The position numbers were made by a program, and so were the translations under genes. A stretch of DNA of 48,002 nucleotides from Candidatus Dojkabacteria bacterium (GTDB lineage: Bacteria; Patescibacteriota; Dojkabacteria; J137): NCBI GenBank assembly GCA_937944235.1, contig CALDYZ010000020.1, positions 1-48,002 of the forward strand. The letters run 5' to 3'. A model generated the notes under the pieces. The model searched no databases and was not told where the DNA came from. It saw nothing but the letters and a program-made list of their open reading frames with translations. Below are positions 1 through 8,920 of the stretch, one piece after another. Within the stretch, counting starts at the first letter, position 1; each line of letters starts with the position of its first letter.

Positions 1-192
1 TTTCTTCCATTTAAAAGATAGTATTCTAGTTTTTATCTTTTTTCAAGTTCTTTTAATTATCGTCCGGCAAATTGAAAATAAATTTCATGTGTATTTAATG
101 CTTTTTGGCTGAATACTCGTGATTTGAGCTGAGTTTTGCTCATAATTTCTTGACGCTTTCATTAATCAATTTCCACTTGTCATACTGATTCA

Positions 193-219
193 ATAGTATA
201 AATAGTATAAATAGTATAA
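193..219. repeat. Three perfect head-to-tail copies of the 9-mer ATAGTATAA
   Basis: Read directly: atagtataa x3 at 193-201, 202-210 and 211-219, inside a ~420-bp non-coding stretch. Confidence 0.9.
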
Positions 220-424
220 ATGGATTGGTAAATAATAGTTTAAAATCCATAATCAAGTGGACAAAATGAAATAAATCGGGGAAAAAACAAGAGTGGAGTA
301 GAAGCCCGTTTCTGGGATCTATTTGTTCGGAAGAAGGACAAAAAATTAAAATTTTAGTTTAAAAAAATAGTGAGCAAGTCCTTTTAGAAGAAGAAGACTA
401 TGATTTTTTTTCTTTTTACAAAAA

Positions 425-509
425 CGGAGAGTACAGGATTCGAACCTGTGAAACATTTCTGTTTACTCGTTTTCGAGACGAGCCCTTTAGACCACTCAGG
501 CAACTCTCC
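425..509 (-). tRNA. tRNA-Ser (anticodon CGA)
   Basis: Minus-strand cloverleaf. Acceptor GGAGAGT/ACTCTCC, anticodon stem CTCGT/ACGAG, loop CT-CGA-AA, long variable arm, T-arm ACAGG-TTCGAAT-CCTGT, discriminator G. No encoded CCA. Confidence 0.93.
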
Positions 510-529
510 ACAGGTTATATTTGTATAGT

Positions 530-603
530 TGCACTTGACAGGACTCGAACCTGTAACCGCTTCTTCCGCAAAGAAGTGCTCTATCCAATTGAGCTACAAG
601 TGC
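530..603 (-). tRNA. tRNA-Arg (anticodon GCG)
   Basis: Minus-strand cloverleaf, 74 nt. Acceptor GCACTTG/CAAGTGC, D-arm GCTC-AATTGGATA-GAGC, anticodon stem CTTCT/AGAAG, loop TT-GCG-GA, T-arm ACAGG-TTCGAGT-CCTGT, discriminator A. Confidence 0.9.
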
Positions 604-633
604 GTTTTTATAAATTTATATAAATATTGATTT

Positions 634-1191
634 TTAATTTTCTCGAATAAAAGTGTCCATTGTTACATGTTCACCATGTACAAGTTTGGTTAAAAAATTA
701 AAACCTACTTCTACCTTATCGCCATAATCAATGTAACCTTCAAGTATTTCAAATATTTCTTTCATTACATTTTCATTTGGGACTAAAATTGAGATTCTTT
801 TAAACAATATTTCCAAATTAGCCTGCTCTATGTATGTATCCAAATGTAATAATATGTTATCGCCCTTTTTGCTGAACCAAAAATGTCTGATTTCTGACCA
901 TCTAACTAATTGATCATAAAATTTTATACCAGAATTCATAATTTGATATACAACAATGTCGGGAGGTATTATTGCGTGTGTAAACCACAAAAAACTAAAA
1001 GCTATGATTGCCAGAACAAATATCAATTGACCTATCAACAATCCAATTATTACTAAAAAAATAAACAAAGCAGAATAACCTATGTACCATTCTCTAGGCT
1101 TTTCTTCCCAAATTCTTGATTGAGTGGTCCATTGGTACAATTCATAGTATTTACCCTTATTCAAATCTGTGTATAGTTTCTTAGCATTCAT
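634..1191 (-). CDS. Hypothetical membrane protein, two TM helices followed by a PH-like soluble domain
   Basis: 185-aa ORF with ATG start. Hydrophobic segments IGYSALFIFLVIIGLLIGQLIFVLAIIAFSFLWF, then a beta-rich C-terminal half similar in layout to bacterial PH (bPH) membrane proteins. Confidence 0.6.
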   Translation of the reverse strand: MNAKKLYTDLNKGKYYELYQWTTQSRIWEEKPREWYIGYSALFIFLVIIGLLIGQLIFVLAIIAFSFLWFTHAIIPPDIVVYQIMNSGIKFYDQLVRWSEIRHFWFSKKGDNILLHLDTYIEQANLEILFKRISILVPNENVMKEIFEILEGYIDYGDKVEVGFNFLTKLVHGEHVTMDTFIREN

Positions 1192-1214
1192 GTATAAAAA
1201 TTGTTAATTTATTA

Positions 1215-3002
1215 TTAATATTTTTTATTAAAAATTTTTACATTTTTTCTGTTTTTCAATTTTATTAAAATAAATAAAACAATTATGAATATTATAGCTA
1301 TTTCGACAAAGTTTTGGAACTTGATACCAAATTGACTAAAAAAGGCAGATGTAACTTCATTTATATATTGTATGAAATCTTCAATAAGACTTATTAAATA
1401 GTTATTTTCTAACTCATTATTTTTTGAGTATTTCTTGAGTATTTCATCAATATTTTGTAATGTCTTTAAATTAATGTCATCCTTGTATGCTTTTATTTCG
1501 AATTTAATATCCGGTAAATTATTGTTTTGTATTAATGATGTTAATGTTAGCCTGGGTGGATCATCTGGACTTTTACTAGCTGTATATAAAAAAATATGAT
1601 TTAGTTCAGGTCCTATTACTTGTCTACCACTTTCACCCCAAGTTGTATCCACGGAATTCCAATGATTATCATAAAATATCTCCGCCCATTGATGGGGTTC
1701 TACAGAATTTTTAAATCCATCATACCCATATCCAAAAACTGCTTTAGCAGGTATACCAAGTGCTCGTGATGTAGCAATTAATAAGTCTGAATACTCCATG
1801 CAAACGGCCCCAGATCCTCTTAAAGTTGCTAGTGCTCCTTGTCTTTTGTTAATGCCGTATTTTTTAACTTCACTGTAATCTATTCGTTCTACAATTTCAT
1901 TGTACAAAGTATTTATCAAATTTTGTTTGTTTAGAGCAGATTTTTGTTTTATTGTATTAGCAAATAAAACAATTTCTTCGTGGTCAGATTCCCAGTATTT
2001 AGCACTTTCTAAGTATCTACTTTTATCTAAAAATTTAATATCCTCTACGCCTGTTTTTGTTATTTCAGATACAAAAACACCTTCTAAAGTTATGGTGGTA
2101 TCTTCATATGATCGAGTTTTAAAAACTCCAATTAAGTTATTTTCTCTATCTTTTTCCACATATAATGGCTCTGGTTTTATATATCGGTAAAACGTTTTTT
2201 GTTGAAAATTTTTGTAGATTTTGTCTCCTGGTATCATCATTTTAACAATATTTACACCTATAGGTGCAGTACTCGATCTCGGAATTTTTTGCTCAAATTT
2301 AAATATATATTGTTGTTTATTGCCTAATTGAATTCTCGGAGTTATTCCCTTCATAGCTTCTGTATCAAATTGTAGAATTATGTTGTCTTTATACTCCTTC
2401 GATTTGTAATCTATACTCACAAAGTTGATGTCTGGAGCACTTTTTGGTTTTATAAACTCAGTGGTTACATATTCTGCGGAATTCCCACTTTGAAACTCAT
2501 ACGTTTTTGAATAACCAGGGATATAAATATCATAAATTAATCCGTAAGAATTCAATAGAGTGTAGTTGTCATATTCAACTGTTATTTGTAAAGGTTTGCC
2601 AAATACTATGTCAGTTAAAATTTCAATATCGACTAAAATTTTAGATTCACTTTTCTCTTCTCTAATTGATTGTATTTTAGTATTTTTTGTTGTAAGTTTG
2701 ATAGATTTTTTGATTTTTTCTAAAATATCATCATTTAAATTATTGTTAATTAATACTATCTGTAAAGTTTCTAATGAATTTGAACCTATACGCCAGTTGG
2801 GCTTTTTTACTGATATGTTAATATTTTCTATAACTTTGATAAATTCTTGATAAAAAAAATATTGTTTGTTGATGTTTCTTTCTACAATCAATTCACTTTG
2901 AGCTTGTAGTTTTACTTTCCCTGGTGTTATAAAAAAAACAATAAACAGTAATATGGTTATTAATTTAAAGATATTTTTTATGAAAAAAAATTTTTTCATC
3001 AT
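1215..3002 (-). CDS. Secreted or anchored transglutaminase-like cysteine protease-fold protein
   Basis: Transglutaminase core motifs GSGAVCMEYSDLLIATSRALGIPAKAVFGYGY ... HQWAEIFYDNHWNSVDTTWG (Cys-His-Asp arrangement). N-terminal signal/TM MMKKFFFIKNIFKLITILLFIVFF and a C-terminal TM plus basic tail. The track ORF begins at a TTG (3038); the ATG at 3002 is the more likely start. Confidence 0.8.
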   Translation of the reverse strand: MMKKFFFIKNIFKLITILLFIVFFITPGKVKLQAQSELIVERNINKQYFFYQEFIKVIENINISVKKPNWRIGSNSLETLQIVLINNNLNDDILEKIKKSIKLTTKNTKIQSIREEKSESKILVDIEILTDIVFGKPLQITVEYDNYTLLNSYGLIYDIYIPGYSKTYEFQSGNSAEYVTTEFIKPKSAPDINFVSIDYKSKEYKDNIILQFDTEAMKGITPRIQLGNKQQYIFKFEQKIPRSSTAPIGVNIVKMMIPGDKIYKNFQQKTFYRYIKPEPLYVEKDRENNLIGVFKTRSYEDTTITLEGVFVSEITKTGVEDIKFLDKSRYLESAKYWESDHEEIVLFANTIKQKSALNKQNLINTLYNEIVERIDYSEVKKYGINKRQGALATLRGSGAVCMEYSDLLIATSRALGIPAKAVFGYGYDGFKNSVEPHQWAEIFYDNHWNSVDTTWGESGRQVIGPELNHIFLYTASKSPDDPPRLTLTSLIQNNNLPDIKFEIKAYKDDINLKTLQNIDEILKKYSKNNELENNYLISLIEDFIQYINEVTSAFFSQFGIKFQNFVEIAIIFIIVLFILIKLKNRKNVKIFNKKY

Positions 3003-3045
3003 GACTAGCATATTACAAGTATAATCTAAATAAAGCAAATTTCAT

Positions 3046-5196
3046 ATGATAGATTTAAGCAATCTTAATTTACAACAAAAAGCTGCTGTTACGACCACTG
3101 ATGGTCCATTGTTAGTTTTAGCAGGAGCAGGTTCTGGTAAAACCAAAGTGTTAACTTTCAGAATAGGTTATTTACTCGATACAGGTTTGGCTTCCCCTCA
3201 GAGTATTATTGCAGTTACGTTTACCAATAAAGCTGCAGGTGAAATGAAAGAAAGATTGGTGAGTTTACTGAACAAGTCAAATATAAATATAAATATACAT
3301 GATTTAAAATGGATAGGTACTTTTCATTCTGTGTGTGTAAAAATACTCAAACAGTATGGACATTTAATAGGTATAAATCCAAAATTTTCAATATACGATT
3401 CACAAGATCAATTAATGGCAATAAAGATTGCTATGGATAATTTAAAAATATCAACAAAAGAGCTGATTCCAAAGGTTGTTCTTTCAAATATTTCCATGGC
3501 TAAGAATAATTATGTTAGTTTCATAAAGTACAAACACTTAGCATATGGGTACTTTCAAACAAAAGTGGCTGACATATATGAAGAATATCAAAAAGTTCTA
3601 AAACAAAATAACGCGGTAGATTTTGATGATATTTTATTTTTTACTCTTGAACTTTTAAATAAAGAGGGTAGTGTACTAAGTAATCTACAAAATTTGTTCA
3701 AATATATTTTGATAGATGAATACCAAGATACAAATCATGTACAGTACTTACTTGCTAATTTACTTGCCCAAAAATATAGAAATATTTGCTGTGTTGGTGA
3801 CGATGATCAAAGTATTTATAGTTTTAGAGGTGCGACTTTATCAAATATAATAAGTTTTGAGCAAGATTACCCTGAAGCCAAGATAATCAAACTAGAACAA
3901 AACTATCGATCTACAAAAACTATCCTACAAGCATCATACGATGTTATCTCAAAAAATAAAAATAGAAAAGAAAAGAAGTTATGGACTGAGAATTCAGACG
4001 GTGAAAAAATATATGTTTACCAATCTTATGATGAGAATGATGAGTCTGAATGGATAGCACAGCAGATAAGAATTATACTAAACAAAGGAGGAAATTTATC
4101 AGACGTTTGTATTTTATATAGAGCAAACGCTCAGTCAAGAAGTGTAGAAGAAGGACTTTTACGTAATGGTATTCCTTACAAAATAGTAGGAGCCACACGT
4201 TTTTATGACAGAAAAGAAATAAAAGATATAATTAGTTATTTAAAAGTTGTACAAAATCCATCAGACTTTAACTCTTTATCTCGTATAATAAATGTTCCAC
4301 GCCGTAACATAGGTGACAAGTCTTTGATAGAGCTTCAAGAGATTTCTTATAAATTAAATGGTGAAGTTTTTGACTTATCTTGTTTAAGAAAAGAAGATTT
4401 ACCTAATAAGTATCATGATTTTTTGTTAACTTACAATGATTTACTTTCCAAATTGAACGAACTATATTTATCCGAATATATAGAATTTTTATGTAACAGA
4501 GTGGGGTATATGGAAATGTTAAACGATGGTACTACAGAAGGATCAGCTAGAATTGAAAATTTAAAAGAATTATTTTCTCTGGCCACGAATTATAATTTTG
4601 GCAAAGCTTCTGAAACTTTAGGGTCTTTTCTTGATGACATAGGTTTATTTGAAGATTTTTCTGATGAACAAGATTATTTTAATAATAGTCAAAAAGTAAC
4701 ACTTATGACCGTACATGCATCAAAAGGTTTAGAATTTGATCATGTTTTTATTGTGGGTATGGAAGAGAATTTATTTCCTCATAGTAATTCTACATCAGAA
4801 GAAGATATTCAAGAAGAAAGAAGGTTAGCTTACGTTGCTATAACTAGAGCTAAAAAATGTCTTTATATAACTGTTGCTTTTAATAGAACTTATTTTGGTA
4901 AAAAACAACGTAATCCAGTTTCTAGGTTCTTAAAAGATATAAGCTTAGATCTAATAAATGTGTATTCTTCTGAATTTATAGAAAATGATTTCTTAAATCT
5001 ATCTAATAATAAAATTTTTGATAATGAGAGAGCTAAATTAATGTTAAAAGTAGGTAATAAAGTAAAGCATCCCTATTTTGGAGAAGGTATTGTTAAGGAT
5101 TGTGATTTAGATGTTGTAGTAGTCGACTTTGGTAATGAGTACGGTACTAAAGAGCTTTTATTGGAGTATGTAAATTTAGAGTTGATACTAAAATGA
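3046..5196 (+). CDS. pcrA: UvrD/PcrA-family ATP-dependent DNA helicase
   Basis: SF1 helicase motifs AGAGSGKT, TFTNKAA, DEYQDTN, SIYSFRGA, QNYRST, VHASKGLEF, RRLAYVAITRAK, plus a C-terminal Tudor-like tail (HPYFGEGIV). Confidence 0.95.
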   Translation: MIDLSNLNLQQKAAVTTTDGPLLVLAGAGSGKTKVLTFRIGYLLDTGLASPQSIIAVTFTNKAAGEMKERLVSLLNKSNININIHDLKWIGTFHSVCVKILKQYGHLIGINPKFSIYDSQDQLMAIKIAMDNLKISTKELIPKVVLSNISMAKNNYVSFIKYKHLAYGYFQTKVADIYEEYQKVLKQNNAVDFDDILFFTLELLNKEGSVLSNLQNLFKYILIDEYQDTNHVQYLLANLLAQKYRNICCVGDDDQSIYSFRGATLSNIISFEQDYPEAKIIKLEQNYRSTKTILQASYDVISKNKNRKEKKLWTENSDGEKIYVYQSYDENDESEWIAQQIRIILNKGGNLSDVCILYRANAQSRSVEEGLLRNGIPYKIVGATRFYDRKEIKDIISYLKVVQNPSDFNSLSRIINVPRRNIGDKSLIELQEISYKLNGEVFDLSCLRKEDLPNKYHDFLLTYNDLLSKLNELYLSEYIEFLCNRVGYMEMLNDGTTEGSARIENLKELFSLATNYNFGKASETLGSFLDDIGLFEDFSDEQDYFNNSQKVTLMTVHASKGLEFDHVFIVGMEENLFPHSNSTSEEDIQEERRLAYVAITRAKKCLYITVAFNRTYFGKKQRNPVSRFLKDISLDLINVYSSEFIENDFLNLSNNKIFDNERAKLMLKVGNKVKHPYFGEGIVKDCDLDVVVVDFGNEYGTKELLLEYVNLELILK

Positions 5197-5867
5197 AAAT
5201 GAGAATAGATATAGTAACCTTATTTCCAGAAGTATTTAGATATTTTGATATTAGTATAATTAAAAAAGCTAAATTGAAAAATATAGTGAATATAAACATT
5301 CACAATATTAGAGACTTCTCGGAAGATAAGCATAGAAAAGTTGATGATAGACCTTATGGGGGCGGACCAGGCATGGTTTTGCAGTTGCAACCAATATATA
5401 AGTGTTTGAAATTTCTAGCTGTATATCCAAATAAATCAAGTAAGACTAAAATAATACTTACCAAACCCGGAGGGGTTTTATGGAATCAAAATTTTGCTAA
5501 GGATTTCGCTTGTAATGTAGAGAGACTAGTTTTGATATGTGGGCATTATCAAGGTGTTGACAATAGAGTATCAGAATATTTTGTTGATTTAGAAGTATCG
5601 ATAGGTGAATATGTTTTGACTGGAGGGGAGATCCCGGCTATGGTTATAGTTGACAGTATAGTTAGATTAATTCCAGGTGTATTGGGTAACCATTTATCTA
5701 CTAATAAAGAAACTTATACTGACGATATAAAATATAATTATCCTTTATACACTCGACCATCTGTTTTTACTACAGAAGAAGGCTATACACTATCTGTTCC
5801 AAAGATTTTAACAGAGGGTAACCATAAAGAAATAGAAAAATGGAAACAACAAAACATAAATTTATAA
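5193..5867 (+). CDS. trmD: tRNA (guanine37-N1)-methyltransferase
   Basis: TrmD motifs DDRPYGGGPGMVL and SIGEYVLTGGEIPAMVIVDSIVRLIPGVLGN. The start overlaps the pcrA stop (ATGA). Confidence 0.95.
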   Translation: MKMRIDIVTLFPEVFRYFDISIIKKAKLKNIVNINIHNIRDFSEDKHRKVDDRPYGGGPGMVLQLQPIYKCLKFLAVYPNKSSKTKIILTKPGGVLWNQNFAKDFACNVERLVLICGHYQGVDNRVSEYFVDLEVSIGEYVLTGGEIPAMVIVDSIVRLIPGVLGNHLSTNKETYTDDIKYNYPLYTRPSVFTTEEGYTLSVPKILTEGNHKEIEKWKQQNINL

Positions 5868-6259
5868 AATTTTTTTAATTTTAAAGCAATCATACGAATT
5901 CACTTGTTAGTAGTGCGCATCAGCTGTATATATTCGCAACAAATTTATTTTGTTACATTTTTTATAAATTATAGTTTCACGTATAATAAAAATTATATAT
6001 GTGGATAACTATAAAAATGTTAAATTACAAGTTCTTAATAGTTATGAATTTTATGAAAATATTTTTATATGGTTTAGTGGCTATAATTATTATTGAAAGT
6101 ATTTGTTAAGGATAGATGTTATAGTGTTCTTTATTTATTTATAGTAATAAAGTGTAATGAATTAAAGAAAGACACTTACAAAAACACAACAGATAAATTT
6201 TTCAAAATATAAACAAGGATTTAAAAAACTTGATAGACAATAAAATCACTCAACCAAAC

Positions 6260-6556
6260 TCACTCATTCTTCCCCATAGCTTCATTTATCTTTTTTAACA
6301 TTTCTGGATCATTTGTACTTCTGATAGCGAATTTGTACATTCTTCTTCTTTCACCGACAAGCCTTAAAAGACCTCTCCTTGAATGTTTGTCTTTTTTGTT
6401 TTTTTGTAAATGTTCTGTCAAATATTTTATTCTTTCCGTGAATAGAGCTATCTGAACAACGGCAGATCCTGTGTCTCTTTCTGACAAAGAATACTTCTTT
6501 ATAATCTCTTGCTTCAAACTTTTATTCTTACTAAACTTTGATTTGTTACTTGACAT
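6260..6556 (-). CDS. rpsO: 30S ribosomal protein S15
   Basis: [46 protein letters not shown] is a typical S15 core. Confidence 0.95.
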   Translation of the reverse strand: MSSNKSKFSKNKSLKQEIIKKYSLSERDTGSAVVQIALFTERIKYLTEHLQKNKKDKHSRRGLLRLVGERRRMYKFAIRSTNDPEMLKKINEAMGKNE

Positions 6557-6580
6557 TATTAAACATACTTAAACCAAATC

Positions 6581-6609
6581 ATTTTAGTATTTATAAATAA
6601 AAATTGCAA
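6581..6609 (-). promoter_or_regulatory. Sigma-70-type promoter candidate for rpsO
   Basis: On the minus strand: TTGCAA, 17 nt, TAAAAT. The -10 ends about 25 nt upstream of the rpsO ATG. Confidence 0.45.
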
Positions 6610-6692
6610 GAGGTATAAGCAAGCAGATAAACCTATAAACTAAGTTAAGCTTGTTGATATGAAATATTTGTAGGTTCAGAGATTCATCCTTA

Positions 6693-6911
6693 TTACTTGT
6701 TTTTCTTTAATAAATTTAAAATAATCTCTGTAACTTTTGAGATTGTACTAATAATTCCTGAAATAGAATTAGCCTGATCTAATAGTTTTATAATTTTTCT
6801 AATTAGTATTGTTATATTGAAAATAAAAAACGCAAAAGAAATAGATATTAAGCTTACAGAGAGAGATAGAAAAATGGATACAATAATCTTTGCAAGTTCA
6901 TCTTGAGTCAT
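6693..6911 (-). CDS. Small hypothetical membrane protein
   Basis: 72-aa ORF with ATG start and one long hydrophobic segment (IIVSIFLSLSVSLISISFAFFIFNITILI). No recognisable family. Confidence 0.4.
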   Translation of the reverse strand: MTQDELAKIIVSIFLSLSVSLISISFAFFIFNITILIRKIIKLLDQANSISGIISTISKVTEIILNLLKKNK

Positions 6912-7023
6912 ATAATTTTTTTATTAAACTTTATAAGTAACATACCTAATGATTATATAATACAATATTGACAAATTAAATCATTTAGCTATAAAATACA
7001 TTGATTGATGTTAATTATGTTAT

Positions 7024-7416
7024 ATGAAAAAAGATTCAAAAGGAAGGGTCATTGCATCCTTGACAGAAGTTAAAAATAAAACGGGAGACATATTCGCTTT
7101 GGTGGATCAGTGTGGTTCTGTATACTTAACTTCTTATAACAAGATTAGATATAAGATAGAAAAGGTAAGTATAGAAAGTCTGTTGTTAGATCAACACGAT
7201 AAAAATAAAAATGAAGAAGATAGTAGTGATTCAAAACCAACTTCTTTATTAGGTTCAAGCAATGAAAAAGCCGCTGAAAGTCTGAACATTAACGAGGTGA
7301 GTTCATCTGACAAAAGAGCATTAGACTTGCGCATTATAAGTTTAATTGATATTAATGAGTTTGACTTATCGATGGAATTGGATTTTGTTAAACAATCAAT
7401 CAAGCCTCTTATATGA
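7024..7416 (+). CDS. Putative antitoxin (Phd/YefM-like N-terminus, acidic Ser-rich tail)
   Basis: 130-aa ORF immediately upstream of a PIN gene. The N-terminal ~50 aa resemble the Phd/YefM fold pattern; the C-terminal half is low-complexity (D/E/S-rich). Confidence 0.5.
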   Translation: MKKDSKGRVIASLTEVKNKTGDIFALVDQCGSVYLTSYNKIRYKIEKVSIESLLLDQHDKNKNEEDSSDSKPTSLLGSSNEKAAESLNINEVSSSDKRALDLRIISLIDINEFDLSMELDFVKQSIKPLI

Positions 7417-7447
7417 TATTTATTTAGTTATATTTATATTAAAGTGT

Positions 7448-7828
7448 ATGAAAAGTCTTGTTTTAGTAGATACATCTATTATTTTGGAGTATCTTAAAAC
7501 TGGTAAAGGTGCTTTACCTGCTGCTTATGAAAAGTATCAAATATGTGTTCCAGTGACAGCTTTAATTGAGATTTTTGCAAGTAGTACTTTTCGAGACGAA
7601 TCTTTAAAAAAAGATGTTGAAGAGTTTTGTGATAAATACTTAACTTTCAAAGATATAAACAAACAGACTGCTTTCTTAGCTGCAGATTTGGTGAGAGAAC
7701 ACAAAATAACTTTTGCAAAGGCTTGTTTATGGGCTTTATCAATTCAGGAAGATATAGACCTTTTGGTAGATTCTATCAAAGAAAAAAATGAAGCTTCGGC
7801 TGTGGGTGTGAAGGTTTTGTTAATGTAA
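7448..7828 (+). CDS. PIN-domain (VapC-like) toxin
   Basis: MKSLVLVDTSIILEYL gives the canonical N-terminal PIN Asp, LIEIF gives a Glu, and the size is about 126 aa. The ATG at 7448 is preferred over the track start at 7346. Confidence 0.65.
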   Translation: MKSLVLVDTSIILEYLKTGKGALPAAYEKYQICVPVTALIEIFASSTFRDESLKKDVEEFCDKYLTFKDINKQTAFLAADLVREHKITFAKACLWALSIQEDIDLLVDSIKEKNEASAVGVKVLLM

Positions 7829-7885
7829 TTTGAAGTACTTGCCAATAAGATGTAAAATTGTTCTGAATTTACCTGTGAAGTATTT

Positions 7886-7959
7886 CGGAGGATAGTTCAA
7901 TTGGCTAGAATATGCGGTTTGGGACCGCAGGGTTGCAGGTTCGAGTCCTGTTCCTCCGA
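7886..7959 (+). tRNA. tRNA-Pro (anticodon UGG)
   Basis: Acceptor CGGAGGA/TCCTCCG, anticodon stem TGCGG/CCGCA, loop TT-TGG-GA, T-arm GCAGG-TTCGAGT-CCTGT, discriminator A. Confidence 0.95.
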
Positions 7960-8016
7960 TTTATGTTTTTTTGCCCCTTTTTTATACTATTTACGGTTTG
8001 ATTTTTATATTTGTTT

Positions 8017-8835
8017 ATGACCAATAATTTTGTTTTTCTTCCATACGTAATTGCAGTGTTATTTTTATATTTATTTTTTATTAATTTTATTAACTGGGAG
8101 TACTATCGTAACGGAGGATATACATATATATATGAAATTAATAATAAAAATGTAAAAACTTTTTATTTAATTTATTTAGATAAAGTTTTAAAGTATGATT
8201 TAGACTACAATATTTTAGACCTGCAAGACTTAAATTACGACATAGTCTCTGATTATAAATTTTCATTGTTTGAAAAGGATTTTCTTTTTTTTGAAAAATT
8301 TGGTCTGAACAAGGATAATGTAAGTCCGATAGACTATTTTGAGAGATTTGGAGCATTTTACGATATTAATTCAACAGTAACAGAAGAGGGAAAAAAGTGG
8401 AATGAACTAGAGTTAATTGATAAACAAAAGTTGTATAACGAATGGATTGATAGATTGTACGATAGATTCATCACATTACTTGATCTTAAAGTTGAAGATT
8501 TAATAAAACAAGATCACGGTACAGTAGTTGTTTTTGTGTTTTATGATTTTTATACTTATCATGACAAAAACATCTTATCGAGCATTTTAAATAAAGTTTT
8601 TAATTACTATTACCGGATCTCAAAAACGACTGTTAGCACAGGTAAAATCAATCGAGTAGACATATTGAATACAAAGGAAATTAATGTTTATATGCCAAAT
8701 TTAAAGGTAAAAATAGATATTGAGCAGAGTTTAGATTTACAAACACAAAGACTCAAAATAATTTTTGACAATTATGATATATCTCAAATTTCTTATGTTG
8801 ACGTGACATCAAGTAAAATGTCGATTTTAAAGTAA
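8017..8835 (+). CDS. Hypothetical protein with an N-terminal TM anchor
   Basis: Long ORF (track start is a TTG at 8011; first ATG is at 8017). N-terminal hydrophobic helix FVFLPYVIAVLFLYLFFINFI. No recognisable domain. Confidence 0.6.
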   Translation: MTNNFVFLPYVIAVLFLYLFFINFINWEYYRNGGYTYIYEINNKNVKTFYLIYLDKVLKYDLDYNILDLQDLNYDIVSDYKFSLFEKDFLFFEKFGLNKDNVSPIDYFERFGAFYDINSTVTEEGKKWNELELIDKQKLYNEWIDRLYDRFITLLDLKVEDLIKQDHGTVVVFVFYDFYTYHDKNILSSILNKVFNYYYRISKTTVSTGKINRVDILNTKEINVYMPNLKVKIDIEQSLDLQTQRLKIIFDNYDISQISYVDVTSSKMSILK

Positions 8836-8920
8836 TTAATTGGTAATAAGCTATTTATTTTTAAAAATTTTAATATTATAGTAAAATGATGAAAATATTA
8901 ATTTGTAAGTACAAAAGTGT

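Noticed and set aside
2-112. Possible 3' end of a plus-strand gene entering from the left edge (36 codons, stop at 110-112).
   Set aside because: It is too short, hydrophobic and low-complexity to support without the upstream sequence.
325-339. Possible SRP (4.5S) RNA helix-8 motif: gttcGGAAgaaggac resembles GUCCGGAAGGAAGC.
   Set aside because: Only a 3-bp closing stem can be drawn. There are no flanking symmetric or asymmetric loop motifs and no pairing of 5' and 3' ends.
1900-2850. Plus-strand ORFs 1900-2190 and 2566-2850 inside the transglutaminase-like gene.
   Set aside because: These are antisense shadow ORFs with low-complexity Ile/Phe/Ser-rich translations, fully contained in a gene with clear domain motifs.
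5868-6259. Replication origin (oriC).
   Set aside because: There is only one consensus DnaA box, no cluster, no adjacent dnaA or dnaN, and I cannot compute skew. This is not enough to call an origin.
7346-7447. Longer version of the PIN ORF that overlaps the antitoxin gene by 71 nt.
   Set aside because: The PIN domain conventionally begins a few residues before the conserved Asp (MKSLVLVDTS). The extension is hydrophobic junk overlapping the upstream CDS.
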